NCBI GenBank assembly: GCA_963697335.1
Contig: CAVONQ010000002.1
Location: 160,001-224,000, forward strand
Origin: an uncultured cyanobacterium
Lineage (GTDB): Bacteria > Cyanobacteriota > Cyanobacteriia > PCC-6307 > Cyanobiaceae
Length of the DNA: 64,000 bases
Direction: 5' to 3'
Position numbers and translations under genes: made by a program. The notes below the pieces were generated by a model that ran no database searches, was not told where the DNA came from, and saw only the letters and a list, made by a program, of their open reading frames with translations. Positions 53,760 through 64,000 of the stretch are shown here, one piece after another (position 1 is the first letter of the stretch; each line of letters begins with the position of its first letter).

Positions 53760-55202
53760 ATGCGAATTACGCAGGCTTTTCGAAATAGGTTTGTCCGTAT
53801 TGGGTCGCTGGCGCTGATTGCAGCCTCGCGTTTGGTCGCTGCTGAACCCGCTTTGTCCGCAGAGCAGCTGGCCCCGGCCAAAGTCGGGGAGATTGCCGAG
53901 GAGGCCTTTGTCTACGGCTTCCCGATGGTGATGAATTACGCCGTTTTCCATGCGTATTTCATTGATCAATCAGGGCCAGACTTCAAGGCGCCAATCAATC
54001 AGCTCTACAACACGGCTCGTGTCTACAGTCCCAAGGACACCACGGTCGTCACGCCCAACAGCGACACGCCCTATTCCTTCGTGGCCATGGACCTGAGGGC
54101 AGAGCCCTTCGTGATCTGCAACCCCGAAATTGAGAAGTCGCGCTATTTCTCGGTGCAGTTGGTGGATCTTTACACCTTCAACTATGGTTACATCGGTAGC
54201 CGTGCAACCGGCAATGCGGCCGGCTGCGCCATGATCACCGGCCCAGGCTGGAGCGGCACCACGCCGGAGGGCATTCGCAAGGTGTTTCGCAGCGAAACGG
54301 ACTTCTCCATCGCTATTTTCCGCACCCAGTTGTTTGATGCGGCTGATCTCAGCAACGTCAAGACAATCCAATCCCGCTACAGGGCCCTCACGCTCTCCAG
54401 CTTCGTGGGTAAGCCAGCCCCGCCAGCCGCTGCCCCGATCAGCTGGCCCAGCATCGACACCAAGCTCGCTGATGCCGACCCCTTCTCCTATCTGAATTTC
54501 GTCCTGGCCTTCAGCCCCCCAGTGGGTCCGGCAGCCGTGGAGCTGCCCATGCGGAAGCGCTTTGCCTCCATCGGCGTTGAGGCCGGCAAGCCCTTCTCCA
54601 CGGACAGCCTCACCCCAGAGCAGAAGCTGGAGATGGAGCAGGGCATGAAGCGTGGCCTGGAGAAGGTCAAGCAGAAGGCGGCCACGCTGGGGGCCCAGGA
54701 GAATGGCTGGCGTGTATCCCTCGATGGCTTTGGCGATCGCCAGGCCCTGGGCGGTGATTTCACGCTCCGGGCTGCCGCAGCAATGGCTGGGATCTACGGC
54801 AACGATGCCGTGGAAGCGCTGTATCCCCTGCTCTCCACCGACAGCGACGGCAACAAGCCCGATACCAGCACCAACCGCTACACGCTCACCTTTGCGGCCG
54901 GTCAGCTACCACCAGTCAACGCTTTCTGGTCGGTGACGATGTACGACGGTACAACGCAGCTACTGATTGACAACCCGATCAATCGCTATCTGATCAACTC
55001 CCCGATGCTGCCAAGCCTGAACAAGAATCCAGATGGTTCACTGACCATCTACATCCAGAAGGACACTCCGGGCCAGGAGAAAGAATCGAACTGGCTGCCC
55101 GCTCCCGATGGTCCGATCTACGCCGTGATCCGCCTGTACTGGCCCAAGGAGTCGGCCTTGGATTCAACCTGGAAACCCCCGGTGCTTGAGCTGGCGCGCT
55201 GA
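53760..55202 (+). CDS. DUF1254/DUF1214 domain exported protein
   Basis: Signal peptide, YGFP, VVTPNSDTPYS, FWSVTMY, NWLPAP..RLYWP. Confidence 0.88.
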   Translation: MRITQAFRNRFVRIGSLALIAASRLVAAEPALSAEQLAPAKVGEIAEEAFVYGFPMVMNYAVFHAYFIDQSGPDFKAPINQLYNTARVYSPKDTTVVTPNSDTPYSFVAMDLRAEPFVICNPEIEKSRYFSVQLVDLYTFNYGYIGSRATGNAAGCAMITGPGWSGTTPEGIRKVFRSETDFSIAIFRTQLFDAADLSNVKTIQSRYRALTLSSFVGKPAPPAAAPISWPSIDTKLADADPFSYLNFVLAFSPPVGPAAVELPMRKRFASIGVEAGKPFSTDSLTPEQKLEMEQGMKRGLEKVKQKAATLGAQENGWRVSLDGFGDRQALGGDFTLRAAAAMAGIYGNDAVEALYPLLSTDSDGNKPDTSTNRYTLTFAAGQLPPVNAFWSVTMYDGTTQLLIDNPINRYLINSPMLPSLNKNPDGSLTIYIQKDTPGQEKESNWLPAPDGPIYAVIRLYWPKESALDSTWKPPVLELAR

Positions 55203-55242
55203 TCGGGTCTACGGTCGGCCTAACCAAAAGCCCAGGGCAACG

Positions 55243-55899
55243 ATGATCCAGCAGCTGAAGCAACGGCTGGAGTCGTTGCGGTTGGTGGCAAGCCTGGGCC
55301 AGTTCCTCAAGCATCCAGGCGAACTCGACAGCGTGTTCGCCATCGCCCGCCACCTGCAGGGCAGTCCCCTCGCCACCCAGATGCAACGCCATCTGCTGGA
55401 GAACCCGGCCATGGCAGCCCTGGTGGAGGACGGCTGGCGACCGGCCCCGGTGGATCTCGATCAGCTGCTGGCACTCCCCGCCGACAGCCTGGGCCATGCC
55501 TATGCCCAGCACCTGCGCGGCCAGGGCCTCACCGCAGAGAGCCTGATCGATCCCACGCCGATCACCTCGCCGCGGGAGTACATCACCCACCGGTTGCGGG
55601 AGACCCACGACATCGTGCACGTGCTCACCGGTTTCGGCGTGGATGGGCCCGGTGAACTGGGTCTGCAGGCCTTCAACCTGGCCCAGGTGCGCTCTCCCCT
55701 GGCGGTGATGCTGATCTTTGGAGGTCTGCTCAAGGTGCTCCAGGAGGATGAGCCGCTTGAACCTCTGCTGCGGGCCCTCAGCCAGGGTTTTTCGATGGGC
55801 CTGGCCGCCAGCATGGTGGTGGCCGCCAAACTGGAGGAGGGCTGGGAAAGACCCCTGCTGGCCTGGCGCCAGGAGCTGGGGCTGCCGGCGGGGCGATGA
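55243..55899 (+). CDS. Coq4-family protein
   Basis: LP.DSLG.AY and RLRETHDIVHVLTGF....PGELGLQAF (HDxxH...E metal motif). Confidence 0.85.
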   Translation: MIQQLKQRLESLRLVASLGQFLKHPGELDSVFAIARHLQGSPLATQMQRHLLENPAMAALVEDGWRPAPVDLDQLLALPADSLGHAYAQHLRGQGLTAESLIDPTPITSPREYITHRLRETHDIVHVLTGFGVDGPGELGLQAFNLAQVRSPLAVMLIFGGLLKVLQEDEPLEPLLRALSQGFSMGLAASMVVAAKLEEGWERPLLAWRQELGLPAGR

Positions 55900-56072
55900 A
55901 CTGGGTGGCCCCGCCCTACCCCCGCCATGGCCCTGCTGCTCTGGGCTCAGCGCCGCCAGATCGGCTGCTGTCTGTTGCCGCAGGCCGCCTTCCTCGGCAC
56001 GGGGATGGCCCTGGAGGGCCGGTTCAGTCCGGCGCTGCCCCCCTGCGCTCCACCCCTGGCGAGAAGCGCTGA

Positions 56073-57224
56073 ATGATCCGACTCGCCCCGGGCTCCCTCG
56101 TGTCCCGCCGGCTGCAGGAGCGGCCGGGCGAGCTTCCCGGGCCCCTGTTTGTGCACGGCGGTCAGCCACCCACCAGCCTCTCGGCCCTGGTGTTCAGCCC
56201 CGAGGGGGCCGTGGAGCAGCGCCTCGATGGCCTCGATGACCTCGATGCCCTGCTGGCCACAGGGATGCCCTGCTGGTTGCGCCTGCAGGGCCAGGCCGAT
56301 GCGGCGCTGGTGAGCGAGGTGCTGGCACGGGTGGGTGTTCCTGGGCTGTTGCACGCGCCCTTGATCGACACGCCCCAGCGCACCCGCCTCGATGCCGTGG
56401 AGGATGTGGTGCTGGTGGTGATGCACCGCCTCAGCTTTTCCCGAACGCCTGCGCGGCTGATCTCCGAGCAGGTGGGTCTGCTGTTGATGCCCAACCTGCT
56501 GCTCAGCCTCGAAGAAGCCCCCAAGCCGGATGCCTTCCCCCGCCTCAGCCGCTGGCTGCTGGGCCTGAGGCCGCCGCCTGGCCAGGAGGATCTCGATGAC
56601 CTGCTGCACTTCCTGATCGATGAGCTGCTCGATGAGCTCTTCCCGATGCTGGAGGACCTGGCCGATCTGCTGGATGACATGGAGGAGGCCGCCCTGCGCA
56701 ACCCCAGGCCCAGCCTGCTCAATCGCACCTACCAGGTGCGCGCCACCCTCAGGCAGATCCGCAGCCAGGTGTGGCCCCTGAGGCCCCAGATCATGATCCT
56801 GCTGCGCCAGAACCACCGGCTGCTCGGTGGTGAGGCGCTGAGCGGTTTCCAGGACATGGACCAACAGGTGGCGCTGATCTTTGAGCACGTGGAGCTGTTG
56901 CGGCACCAGTGCGATGCCGTGACCGACGCCTACATGGCCAGCATGGGAAGTCGCATGAACCAGGTGATGAAAACCCTCACCATCGTGTCGACCATCTTTG
57001 CCCCGCTCACCTTCGTGGCGGGCATCTACGGCATGAACTTCGTGCGAATGCCCGAGCTCAAGTGGGCCTTCGGCTATCCGATGGCCCTGGCGTTCATGGC
57101 CCTGGTTGCCATGTTGCAGAGCTACTGGTTATGGCGGCGCGGCTGGTTCGAGGACTGGACAGCCCAGCGCAGTTGGCCATCCCAGCGCGGTGGGCCTGAG
57201 CGGGGCGGGGGCTTGGGTCGGTAG
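56073..57224 (+). CDS. corA: CorA-family Mg/Co transporter
   Basis: MNQVMKTLT, PLTFVAGIYGMNF, MPELKW, two C-terminal TM helices. Confidence 0.92.
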   Translation: MIRLAPGSLVSRRLQERPGELPGPLFVHGGQPPTSLSALVFSPEGAVEQRLDGLDDLDALLATGMPCWLRLQGQADAALVSEVLARVGVPGLLHAPLIDTPQRTRLDAVEDVVLVVMHRLSFSRTPARLISEQVGLLLMPNLLLSLEEAPKPDAFPRLSRWLLGLRPPPGQEDLDDLLHFLIDELLDELFPMLEDLADLLDDMEEAALRNPRPSLLNRTYQVRATLRQIRSQVWPLRPQIMILLRQNHRLLGGEALSGFQDMDQQVALIFEHVELLRHQCDAVTDAYMASMGSRMNQVMKTLTIVSTIFAPLTFVAGIYGMNFVRMPELKWAFGYPMALAFMALVAMLQSYWLWRRGWFEDWTAQRSWPSQRGGPERGGGLGR

Positions 57225-57300
57225 AGCGCCCATACCCCTCTACCTTTCGGCATCCCTGCCTGCCCCAGACTTCTGGGGCGCGTCCCCATCCGCCGCCGCT

Positions 57301-58290
57301 GTGCTCCCCCACCCCACCGAAGCCCCCTTCAGCGCGCTGCCGCCGCTGCTGCTGAGCCGGCTCCTGCCCAGGCCGCCGGCCCCCGGGGAGGGGCTGCGGC
57401 TGGCCCTCTGGCAGGGGGAGGGGACGGCGGGAACTCCAGAAGCGGTGGAGGCGAACCTGCTGCGCCTGGAGCAGGTGGCCGCCGAGGCCGCTTCCTGGGG
57501 CACCCAGTTGCTGGCCTTCCCTGAGCTGTTTCTCAGCGGCTACGCCAGCGAGCCGCAGCGGGTGCGGCAGCTGGCGGAGCCGGTGGATGGGCCCAGCCTG
57601 GAGCGGGTGGCGGCCTGCGCCCGTCGCCACGGCCTGGCCATCGCCTGCCCCTACGCCGAGCGGGCGCTGCTGGGCGGCCAGGAGCGCTTCTACGACGCCA
57701 TCGCCCTGGTGGATGCCGATGGCACCCTGCTCAAGAACTACCGCAAGACCCACCTCTGGGGGCCGGATGAGCGGCTGTTCTGGAGCGAGGGCTACCGCCT
57801 GGCTGAAGAGGGCGAGCCCTTCACCGTGCACCCCGTGAACGGCCTTGGCGTGGGGCTGCTCAACTGCTACGAGGCCGAGTTTCCCGAACTCACCCGGCTG
57901 CTGACCCTGGCCGGCGCCAGCCTGGTGCTGATCCCCACCGCCGCCGACACCTGGGTGCGCCTCAGTGATGGCCGCCGCACCGCTCACCCGTACCCGGACG
58001 TGTCTCGCACCCTGCTGCCGGCCCATGCCTTCGCGAACGGCTGCTTCGTGGCCTACGCCAACCGCTGCGGCCTCGAGTTGGTGGAGGGGGAAGCCTGGGC
58101 CCACTACCTGGGCAACAGCGTCATCTGCGGGCCCGATGGCGCCCTGCTGCTGGCGGCCCAGAACCGCCCCACCCTGCTGCTCGCCGACCTGATCCCCGCC
58201 GAGTTCCGAGCCCCGCACCCGGAGGGCACCACCTACCGGGCCGACCGCCGACCGGACCTCTACGGCTCGCTGCAGGCCCCCGCCGGCTGA
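57301..58290 (+). CDS. carbon-nitrogen hydrolase (nitrilase superfamily amidase)
   Basis: Catalytic triad FPELF (Glu), NYRKTHL (Lys), NCYEAEFPE (Cys); C-terminal DRRPDLY. Start uncertain. Confidence 0.88.
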   Translation: MLPHPTEAPFSALPPLLLSRLLPRPPAPGEGLRLALWQGEGTAGTPEAVEANLLRLEQVAAEAASWGTQLLAFPELFLSGYASEPQRVRQLAEPVDGPSLERVAACARRHGLAIACPYAERALLGGQERFYDAIALVDADGTLLKNYRKTHLWGPDERLFWSEGYRLAEEGEPFTVHPVNGLGVGLLNCYEAEFPELTRLLTLAGASLVLIPTAADTWVRLSDGRRTAHPYPDVSRTLLPAHAFANGCFVAYANRCGLELVEGEAWAHYLGNSVICGPDGALLLAAQNRPTLLLADLIPAEFRAPHPEGTTYRADRRPDLYGSLQAPAG

Positions 58291-58346
58291 CGGACGATCC
58301 CTCGGGTCGTGCATACGGTGGGAGGCCTGCCCACCTGAAGCCGCCC

Positions 58347-59735
58347 ATGGCCCTGCACCAGACCGGCGCCACCAGCCAACGCGACCAGCAGGAGGCCGAG
58401 CTGCTGGTGCGGCCGCTGCCGCTGGACCTGTTCCCCGCCGAGGGCCAGGAGCCCGCCCTCACGGCCGCCATCCTCACGGAGGAGCTGCTGCTCGATGGCA
58501 ACAGCAAGCAGAACCTGGCCACCTTCTGCCAGACCTGCGAAGAGCCCGAAGTCCACGCCCTGATGGATCTGGGCCTCGACAAGAACCTGATCGACAAGGA
58601 CGAATACCCCCAGACGGCCGAACTGGAGCGCCGCTGCGTCAGCCTGCTGGCCGATCTCTGGAATGCTCCCGCCGGGGCCACCGGCTGCTCCACCATCGGC
58701 AGCAGCGAGGCGGCGATGCTCGGCGGCATGGCCGCCAAGTGGCGCTGGCGGGCGGCGCGGCAGGCGGCGGGGCTGCCGGTTGACAAGCCCAACATGGTGT
58801 GCGGCAGCGTGCAGATCTGCTGGCACAAGTTCGCCCGTTACTGGGACATCGAGCTGCGCGAGATCACCATGACGCCGGGCCGTCTCTGCATCACGCCGGC
58901 GGATGTGCTGGCCCTGGTGGATGAGAACACGATCATGGTGGTGCCCACCCTCGGCGTCACCTATCACGGCCTCTACGAGGATGTGGCGGCCATCAGCGAC
59001 GCCCTCGACGATCTCCAGGCCCGCACCGGCCTGGACGTGCCGATCCATGTGGACGCCGCCAGCGGCGGCTTCCTGGCCCCCTTCACCGCCCCGGATCTGC
59101 CCCCCTGGGACTTCCGCCTCGAACGGGTGAAGTCGATCAATGCCTCGGGCCACAAGTACGGCCTGGCCCCCCTGGGGGTGGGCTGGGTGCTGTGGCGCCA
59201 GGCCAGCGACCTGCCCCAGGAGCTGATCTTCAGCGTGTCCTATCTGGGGGGCGACATGCCCACCTTTCAGATCAACTTCTCGCGGCCGGCCGGCCAGGTG
59301 ATCGCCCAGTACTACACCTTTGTGCGCCTGGGCCGGGAGGGCTACCGCCTCACCCATGGCGTGGCTTACCAGGTGGCCCGTTACCTGGCCGCCGAGCTCG
59401 CCAAGCTGCCGCAGTTCTCGGTGCTGCACGATGGCGACCCCGCCAAGGGGATCCCGGCCGTGGTGTGGCAGCTGCAGCCCGGCACCGATCCAGGCTTCAG
59501 CCTCTACGACCTCGCCGATCGCCTGCGCACCCGGGGCTGGCAGGTGCCCGCCTACCCCTTCACCGGCGCCCTCGCCAGCCAGGCCTTCCAGCGGATCATG
59601 GTGCGGCGCGGCTTCAGCCGCGACATGGCCGACCTGCTGTTGCGGGATATCAACCAGGCCATCAACCACTTCAGTGACCATCCCGTCACGGTGCCCCTGT
59701 CGGCGAGTGAGGCCGCGTCCTACAACCATCTCTGA
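58347..59735 (+). CDS. gadB: glutamate decarboxylase
   Basis: [41 protein letters not shown] (PLP lysine), INFSRP. Confidence 0.94.
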   Translation: MALHQTGATSQRDQQEAELLVRPLPLDLFPAEGQEPALTAAILTEELLLDGNSKQNLATFCQTCEEPEVHALMDLGLDKNLIDKDEYPQTAELERRCVSLLADLWNAPAGATGCSTIGSSEAAMLGGMAAKWRWRAARQAAGLPVDKPNMVCGSVQICWHKFARYWDIELREITMTPGRLCITPADVLALVDENTIMVVPTLGVTYHGLYEDVAAISDALDDLQARTGLDVPIHVDAASGGFLAPFTAPDLPPWDFRLERVKSINASGHKYGLAPLGVGWVLWRQASDLPQELIFSVSYLGGDMPTFQINFSRPAGQVIAQYYTFVRLGREGYRLTHGVAYQVARYLAAELAKLPQFSVLHDGDPAKGIPAVVWQLQPGTDPGFSLYDLADRLRTRGWQVPAYPFTGALASQAFQRIMVRRGFSRDMADLLLRDINQAINHFSDHPVTVPLSASEAASYNHL

Positions 59736-59772
59736 GAGACGCCATGGCGATCTCAGTGCTGATCCGCTGGGC

Positions 59773-60099
59773 TCAGTTCTGGTCCAGCTCGAGGATCACG
59801 ATCGCCACCATCCCAACACCCATTCCGAGATATTGCTGGCGGCTGATGCTCTCACCGTAGAGCCAGCGGGTGGCCAGGATCAGGGTGATCACATTGAACA
59901 CCACGCACACAATCGAAGCCGTGGCGATGTTCTTGTAGCGGAAACTGTGGGCCAGGAGACTCATCGCCACCATGTAGATGGCCATCCCAAGCCAAAAGGC
60001 TGGCCGGCTCTGCTGCACGATCCAGGCTTTGATCGCCAGATCACCCAGGGTGAGAACCGCACCGCCTAGCAGAAGCAGTGCCGTTGGATTCAACCCCAT
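59773..60099 (-). CDS. SMR/DMT-superfamily small membrane transporter
   Basis: 108 aa with four hydrophobic helices and a LYGE.IS..Q..G motif. Confidence 0.7.
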   Translation of the reverse strand: MGLNPTALLLLGGAVLTLGDLAIKAWIVQQSRPAFWLGMAIYMVAMSLLAHSFRYKNIATASIVCVVFNVITLILATRWLYGESISRQQYLGMGVGMVAIVILELDQN

Positions 60100-60207
60100 A
60101 GGTCGCCTCAGCGCTCTCCTTCCCGCTCTTGGTTCATTGAACCAGCACGGAGCGGGCTCCGGGTCCGGAGACGCCCGATCCCTACATTGCGTCAACAGCC
60201 CCGTGCC

Positions 60208-61122
60208 TCAGTCCGCCTCGGCGTGGTAGCTGCTGCGCACCAGCGGCCCACTGCGCACCTGGCTGAAGCCGAGCCCCCGGGCGATGCCGGCGAGTTCCTC
60301 AAAGGCCTCGGGCTCCCAGTAGCGCGCCACGGGAAGGTGGGCCAGGGACGGGCGCAGGTATTGGCCCAGGGTGAGTCGCTGGCAGTCCACCCGCCGCAGG
60401 TCCTTCAGCGTTGCCACAACCTCGGCGAAGGTTTCCCCCAGCCCCAGCATCAGGCCGCTCTTGGTGGGGATGGCGGGGGCCACCTCCCGGGCCGTGGCCA
60501 GCAGACCCAGGGAGCGGCGGTAGGTGGCGCCGCGGCGCACCTCCCCCTGCAGGCGCTCCACGGTTTCGAGGTTGTGGTTGAAGCACACCGGCGCCGCCGC
60601 CAGCACCGTGGCCAGCCGCTGGCGCTGGGCGGCCAGGGCCGCCTCGGGATCGGCCACCCCGCCCCAGAAATCGGGGGTAAGCACTTCAATCGCCACGGCG
60701 GGGCTGCGGCGCCGGATCGCGGCCATGGTGGTGGTGAACAGGCTGGCGCCGTGATCGGCCAGATCGTCCCTGGCCACGGCGGTGAGCACCACATAGCGCA
60801 GCTGCAGCGTGGCCACGGCCTCCGCCACCCGCTCGGCCTCGGCCCCATCCAGCGGAAGCGGTGCCCGGCCTTTGTCCACCTGGCAGAAGGCGCAGCTGCG
60901 GGTGCAGATCGAACCGCCCAGCAGGAAGGTGGCCGTGCCGGCGGCGTAGCACTCGCCCCGGTTGGGGCAGCGGCCCTCCTCGCAGATGGTGTGCAGTCGC
61001 TGCTGCTTCACAACCCCCTGCACCGATTCCAGGGCGGAGGCCCCGCCGATCGGCCGCCGCAGCCAGGCGGGCAGCCGTTCGGCGGGGGCGATGCTGCTGT
61101 AACGGCTGGAGGTCTGGCTCAT
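60208..61122 (-). CDS. lipA: lipoyl synthase
   Basis: [31 protein letters not shown]. Confidence 0.96.
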   Translation of the reverse strand: MSQTSSRYSSIAPAERLPAWLRRPIGGASALESVQGVVKQQRLHTICEEGRCPNRGECYAAGTATFLLGGSICTRSCAFCQVDKGRAPLPLDGAEAERVAEAVATLQLRYVVLTAVARDDLADHGASLFTTTMAAIRRRSPAVAIEVLTPDFWGGVADPEAALAAQRQRLATVLAAAPVCFNHNLETVERLQGEVRRGATYRRSLGLLATAREVAPAIPTKSGLMLGLGETFAEVVATLKDLRRVDCQRLTLGQYLRPSLAHLPVARYWEPEAFEELAGIARGLGFSQVRSGPLVRSSYHAEAD

Positions 61123-61132
61123 GGCTGGTGGT

Positions 61133-61732
61133 TCATTCCATCCGTCGCCTGCCCTCGAAGGCCCGGGCCAGGGTCACCTCGTCGGCGTACTCCAGCTCAC
61201 TGCCCACGGGCAGGCCGTAGGCGATGCGGCTCACGGTGGTGAAGGGTTTGAGCAGTCTGGCCAGGTAAAGGCTGGTGGTGTCTCCCTCCACGCTGGGGGT
61301 GAGGGCCAGGATCATCTCCTCGATGCCCTCATCGGCCACCCGCTGCACCAGCGGTCCGATCTGCAGCAGCTCCGGGCCGACGCCGTCCATCGGCGAGATC
61401 AGGCCGCCCAGCACGTGATAGCTGCCCCGGAACTCCCGGGTGCGTTCCATGGCCAGCAGGTCGCGGGAGTCGGCCACCACGCAGAGCTGGCCATTGCGGC
61501 GCTCCTCATTGCGGCAGATCTCACACAGGGGGTCAGCCGAGAGGTGAAAGCACCGCTGGCACTGGCCCACCTGGCTGCGGGCCGCCAGCAGGGCGTCGGC
61601 GAAGCTGCGGATCTGCTCCTCCGGTTGGCGCAGCAGATGCAGGGCCAGCCGCTGGGCCGTGCGGGGGCCGATGCCGGGCAGCCGCTCGAACTGGTCGATC
61701 AGCCGGGCTAACGGACGCGTGAAGCCGCTCAG
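61133..61732 (-). CDS. recR: recombination mediator RecR
   Basis: [21 protein letters not shown] zinc finger, YHVLGG, EGDTT. Start placed at CTG 61732 (uncertain). Confidence 0.93.
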   Translation of the reverse strand: MSGFTRPLARLIDQFERLPGIGPRTAQRLALHLLRQPEEQIRSFADALLAARSQVGQCQRCFHLSADPLCEICRNEERRNGQLCVVADSRDLLAMERTREFRGSYHVLGGLISPMDGVGPELLQIGPLVQRVADEGIEEMILALTPSVEGDTTSLYLARLLKPFTTVSRIAYGLPVGSELEYADEVTLARAFEGRRRME

Positions 61733-61811
61733 CGAACCGCCGCAGATGGGCTGAATGTAGGCGGGCCGGCGCTCGCAGCAGAATGGCGCCACCGGTCCCC
61801 GTCTGCCTGCC

Positions 61812-62378
61812 ATGACCAGCCCCTCCGCCCTGCTGCCGCGCCCCCTCATGCGGGGGGCCCTGGCCCTGCTGCTGGCCGTGGTGCTGGTGGGCTGCAGCAC
61901 GGCTTCGGCGGGGCTGAACCGCTTCCAGAACCCCGACGGCCGCTTTGCCTTCCTCTACCCCACCGGCTGGGTGCGGGTGCAAGTGAGTGGCGGCCCCCAG
62001 GTGGTGTTCCACGACCTGATCCACAGTGATGAGACCCTCAGCCTGGTGATCTCCGAAGTGACCCCCGAGAGCGACCTCACCAGCCTGGGCAGTGCGGTGG
62101 CCGTGGGGGAACAGCTGCGGCGGGCCGTGATCGCCACTGAGGGCAGTGGCCGCCAGGCGGAGCTGCTCCAGGCCGATGAGCGCCAGCAGGACGGTCGCAC
62201 CTTCTACGACCTCGAGTACGCCGTGCACCTCGACGACCGCGATCGCCACGAGTTCGCCACGGTGGTGGTGGACCGGGGCCGCCTCTACACCTTTGCGGCC
62301 AGCACCAATGAGGGGCGCTGGGACAAGGTGAACGAGCTGTTTCACCAGGTGGTGACCTCCTTCACCCTGCTGGTCTGA
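61812..62378 (+). CDS. psbP: photosystem II CyanoP (PsbP-like) lipoprotein
   Basis: Lipobox [29 protein letters not shown]. Confidence 0.88.
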   Translation: MTSPSALLPRPLMRGALALLLAVVLVGCSTASAGLNRFQNPDGRFAFLYPTGWVRVQVSGGPQVVFHDLIHSDETLSLVISEVTPESDLTSLGSAVAVGEQLRRAVIATEGSGRQAELLQADERQQDGRTFYDLEYAVHLDDRDRHEFATVVVDRGRLYTFAASTNEGRWDKVNELFHQVVTSFTLLV

Positions 62379-62402
62379 GCTGGAGGCGGAGGGGGCCGGG
62401 CC

Positions 62403-63443
62403 ATGGCGATGGCGGGCTCTGTGGTGGTGGTGGGCGGCGGCCTCTGCGCTGGCCTGGTGGCCCTGGAGTTGGCGACGCTGGGGTTGGAGGTGGTGCTGGT
62501 GGAGGGATCTGAGCCCGCCGCCACAGCCCTCAGCTACGGCCTGATGCCGCTGCCGGCGGCCCTGCCCTGGCTGCGGCTGCAGCTCCGCCATGGCCCCCTG
62601 GGGCTGCGCTGCCGCTGGCTGCGGCTGCACAGCGCGGCCGCAGCCACAGGTTTCGCCCCCTGGCTGGATCGCCTGCCCCTGCCGGCCGCCCAGGTGGAGG
62701 CTCCGCTCTTCCTGGCCGCCCTGCCCGCCGCCCTGGCCGCCGCTGGGGTGCGGGTGCTGCCGGCTCAGGTGCAGGGCCCGCTGCAGAGCGGCCCGGGGGG
62801 CTGGCGACTGGGGTTGGCACAGGCCCAGGGTGCTGATGGCGGCGCCGGGGGGCCAGCTGCTGAATCTGTGCTGGAGGCCGCCCAGGTGGTGCTGGCCGCC
62901 GGAGCCGGCTGCCGCCAGCTCTGGCCTGCCCTGCCACCCGACCTGCAGACCAGCTGGGCGGGGGTGCTGGAGCTTGCCGAAGCCCCACCCCCGGGGCCCT
63001 GCTGGCCAGCTGAGCTCGTGGTGCCGCGGCAGTTTCAGCGGCCTGCCCTGGAACGCCAGGCGCTCGCCCCAGGGCCACCGGCCTGGGTGGTGGATGCCGG
63101 CCTGGTGCCTAGCGCGCGCCGCTGGCTCGCCGGCCAGATCAGCCTGGTGCGGGCGGCGGCACCTCTGGAGCCCGGCGCGCCGCCGCCCGATCCGGTGGCC
63201 ATGGAGCAGCGCCTGCGCCAGGGGCTCAGTGGCCTGAGCCCTGCCCTGGCCGGGGCCCCCGCCCGTTTCCGCCAGGTGCCGGTGACCTTCTCCCCGACGG
63301 CGACGCCCCTGGCGGGCCCGGTGGACGGAGCGCCGGGGCTGTGGGTGTTGAGCGGCTTCTCGGCGGCCTTCAGCCAGGTGCCCCGGGAGGCGCTGCGCCT
63401 GGCCGTGGCCATCGCTGCCGCGGTGGCCGATCCGGTTCAGTAA
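62403..63443 (+). CDS. FAD-dependent oxidoreductase (DAO-like)
   Basis: VVVVGGGLCAG Rossmann motif, VVLAAGAG, P.AGP...PGLWVLSGF. Confidence 0.72.
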   Translation: MAMAGSVVVVGGGLCAGLVALELATLGLEVVLVEGSEPAATALSYGLMPLPAALPWLRLQLRHGPLGLRCRWLRLHSAAAATGFAPWLDRLPLPAAQVEAPLFLAALPAALAAAGVRVLPAQVQGPLQSGPGGWRLGLAQAQGADGGAGGPAAESVLEAAQVVLAAGAGCRQLWPALPPDLQTSWAGVLELAEAPPPGPCWPAELVVPRQFQRPALERQALAPGPPAWVVDAGLVPSARRWLAGQISLVRAAAPLEPGAPPPDPVAMEQRLRQGLSGLSPALAGAPARFRQVPVTFSPTATPLAGPVDGAPGLWVLSGFSAAFSQVPREALRLAVAIAAAVADPVQ

Positions 63444-63473
63444 TGGAGTCAGCCTCAGTCAGAGGGGCAAACT

Positions 63474-64000
63474 TCAGTAGACGTAGTTGTTGTCGAAGCT
63501 GCCGTCGCCTTCACCGGCGGGTCTGGGCCAGTCGGCCTCCCAGTAGCTGATGCCATCGAGCATGAAGGGCCGTCCCCCCAGGCGCTCCGTCTTGAGTTCG
63601 GTGGTGCCCATGGCCGTGATCAGGCCCCCCAGTTCCATCGGCCCCAGGTTGGTCTTCACGTCGTTGCCGCCGGCGGCGAGCAGCACCGGCAGCCGCACCA
63701 GGTTTTCCGGCCGGGTGAGCTTGCGGAACAGGGCCTTGAGGGCCAATTGCTGCCGCTCGATGCGGCCGATGTCGCCCCACTCGTCGTGGCGGAAGCGCAG
63801 GAAGCCTTCCAGGTCATTGCCCTTGAGCCTCTGGGGACCGGGCTGGAGATCGATCGAGAGCCCCTGGCTTCTGTCCGTGTAGCGCATCCGCTTGGGCACA
63901 TCCACATCGATGCCGCCGAGGGCGTCGGAGATGCGGCGGATGGCGTTCAGATTCACCACCACGTGGTGGGTGATCGGCTGGCCCATCTTGCGAGACAGTT
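63474..64000 (-). CDS. LCP family protein, 5' end outside window
   Basis: DALGGIDVDVPKRM.Y.D, FLRFRHD..GDIGRIERQQ. Confidence 0.88.
   Translation of the reverse strand, partial: LSRKMGQPITHHVVVNLNAIRRISDALGGIDVDVPKRMRYTDRSQGLSIDLQPGPQRLKGNDLEGFLRFRHDEWGDIGRIERQQLALKALFRKLTRPENLVRLPVLLAAGGNDVKTNLGPMELGGLITAMGTTELKTERLGGRPFMLDGISYWEADWPRPAGEGDGSFDNNYVY

Overview
A GC-rich chromosomal segment from a picocyanobacterium (Cyanobium/Synechococcus-like, judged from petH with a CpcD-like domain, opcA-zwf, sasA, psbP and bciB). About 45 kb is housekeeping backbone: crtE, a RecD-like helicase, cobB, opcA-zwf-petH, tRNA-Glu, sasA, pepN, prs, bciB, malQ, a group-2 sigma factor, cdsA, clpC, lysA-cdaA-uppS-bioB-trhO, and lipA-recR-psbP at the right end. 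An accessory tract of about 15 kb (about 45.2-60.2 kb) lies between the bioB/trhO block and lipA. It opens with a frameshifted MscS/cNMP-domain channel pseudogene that the ORF track misses. Next is a visibly AT-richer two-gene cassette encoding a vanadium-dependent haloperoxidase and an unusual lipase-like alpha/beta hydrolase. It continues with katG, a carboxylesterase, a small membrane protein, a nitroreductase, a DUF1254/1214 protein, a Coq4-like protein, CorA, a nitrilase-family amidase, glutamate decarboxylase and an SMR-like transporter. The haloperoxidase + hydrolase (+ katG) unit is the best candidate for an undescribed system. A ParB-like gene runs off the left edge and an LCP gene runs off the right edge. 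All calls rest on motif recognition by eye; no searches were run.
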